Positions 63,023 to 64,000 of a stretch of 64,000 nt of DNA are shown here, one piece after another. A program made the position numbers and the translations under genes. The DNA is taken from IMG/VR virus record IMGVR_UViG_3300045988_062794; one strand, written 5' to 3'. Origin of the DNA: a virus. The notes beneath the pieces were generated by a model that was not told where the DNA came from, searched no databases, and saw nothing but the letters and a program-made list of their open reading frames with translations. Position 1 is the stretch's first letter. Every line of letters starts with the position of its first letter.

Positions 63023-64000
63023 ATGAAAATTAGAAACAAACCAGTATTAGTATATGATATTGAAGTATTTCAAAATATCTTTCATTGTACTGTAAAAAAT
63101 ACTGAAACTAATGAACTATTTCTATTTGAAATATCTGAACGTAAGAATCAGTTAAGTGAATTAGTTAAGTTTTTTAAACATTTTGATAATCAAGTTGGTT
63201 CATGGAACCAATCATATACAATAGATTATCAATTTGATACAGATGTAATATTCGCAGGATACAATAATATTCATTATGATAATCCTATTATAAATTATAT
63301 AATAGATTATTATAATCGCATGGTACAAAAACCTTATTGGGAAATTTGTCAGTCTATTTTTAACCTAAGTAAAGTAATACTGTCAAGTAAAGATGGTAAT
63401 GAAGATGCTTGGGAGAAATGGAAATATCAACAATGGTTTGAATCATTTGATATTCTTACTATGCTATATTCAACTCAACTACGTGTTGGCTTGAAAGAAA
63501 TGCAAGTAACAATGCAATATCCCAATGTTCAAGAATTTGTATATGATTGGAGTAGTCCTTTAAAAAAGGAATTATTTGATGAAATGATTCAATATAATAT
63601 AAATGATGTTGAATCTACTTCAGAACTACTACAAAGATGCAAGAAAGATGTTGACCTACGAATTGCAATTGAAGATGAATATGGTGTAAGAGTCTTAAGT
63701 AAAGATGGAGTAAATATCGGTATGAAAATTATTACTCAAAAGTATCTTGAAAAGACAGGGTTAACATGGAAACAGATTAAAGATCTTCGTTCTCCTATGG
63801 ACCTAATTCCACTGAAAGATGTTATACTTCCTTTTGTTAAATATGAATCTCCTATTCTTAAAAACATGCTTGAAGAAATGAAAAAACAAATAGTTCCTCC
63901 AGGTAGAAAAGGATATGAGTATAAATTTATATTTGATAATCTACGTTATTCAGTAGGAGTAGGAGGTATTCATTCAGTAAATAACCCTGAGATTATTATA
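63023..64000 (+). CDS. DNA polymerase, N-terminal DEDDy 3'-5' exonuclease domain (partial, runs off the right edge)
   Basis: My translation is open for 326 codons. It shows ExoI VYDIEVFQN, ExoII GYNNIHYDNPII and ExoIII YNINDVESTSELL. I cannot resolve family A versus B. Confidence 0.6.
   Translation, partial: MKIRNKPVLVYDIEVFQNIFHCTVKNTETNELFLFEISERKNQLSELVKFFKHFDNQVGSWNQSYTIDYQFDTDVIFAGYNNIHYDNPIINYIIDYYNRMVQKPYWEICQSIFNLSKVILSSKDGNEDAWEKWKYQQWFESFDILTMLYSTQLRVGLKEMQVTMQYPNVQEFVYDWSSPLKKELFDEMIQYNINDVESTSELLQRCKKDVDLRIAIEDEYGVRVLSKDGVNIGMKIITQKYLEKTGLTWKQIKDLRSPMDLIPLKDVILPFVKYESPILKNMLEEMKKQIVPPGRKGYEYKFIFDNLRYSVGVGGIHSVNNPEIII

Noticed and set aside
1-64000. CRISPR arrays, integrase/att sites, transposases and rRNA genes
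   Set aside because: I saw no spaced direct-repeat arrays, no tyrosine or serine recombinase motifs, no IS-type transposase and no rRNA-like sequence in any frame or strand.

Overview
AT-rich, gene-dense double-stranded DNA phage segment. It has a minus-strand late block (1-42967) and a plus-strand early/replication block (43297-64000) that diverge from a 330-nt switch region. TerL, an 859-aa portal and a ~494-aa capsid-size protein are followed by giant fibre genes. My inference is a crAss-like (Crassvirales-type) phage of Bacteroidota, and a search is needed to confirm this. Recognisable genes include TerL, portal, a putative MCP, dUTPase, a dATP/dGTP diphosphohydrolase-like protein and a holin-like protein. 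There are also two GIY-YIG and one HNH homing endonuclease, an ECF-type sigma factor, an AAA ATPase and the exonuclease end of a DNA polymerase. Several collagen-, LamG- and CBM5/12-like fibre proteins are present. Three things stand out. (1) A complete diversity-generating retroelement: the RT at 11901-12932, a TR at ~13055-13150 and a VR at ~13301-13396 in the C-terminus of a 1489-aa collagen-like fibre. The mismatches are adenine-specific, and no Avd gene is visible. (2) Five plus-strand tRNA-like modules, each 16-51 nt upstream of an early ORF. Each has a perfect 7-bp acceptor stem and a canonical T-arm, but I could not fold a normal anticodon arm in any of them. Two are covarying 66-nt paralogues with a 4-bp tetraloop hairpin in place of the anticodon arm. 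One is a bare acceptor/T minihelix ending in ACCA. (3) A ~2.3-kb ORF-free, hairpin-rich, relatively GC-rich stretch (56351-58644) inside the early operon, which is a candidate large structured RNA locus. All calls come from hand reading. No database or folding software was run.
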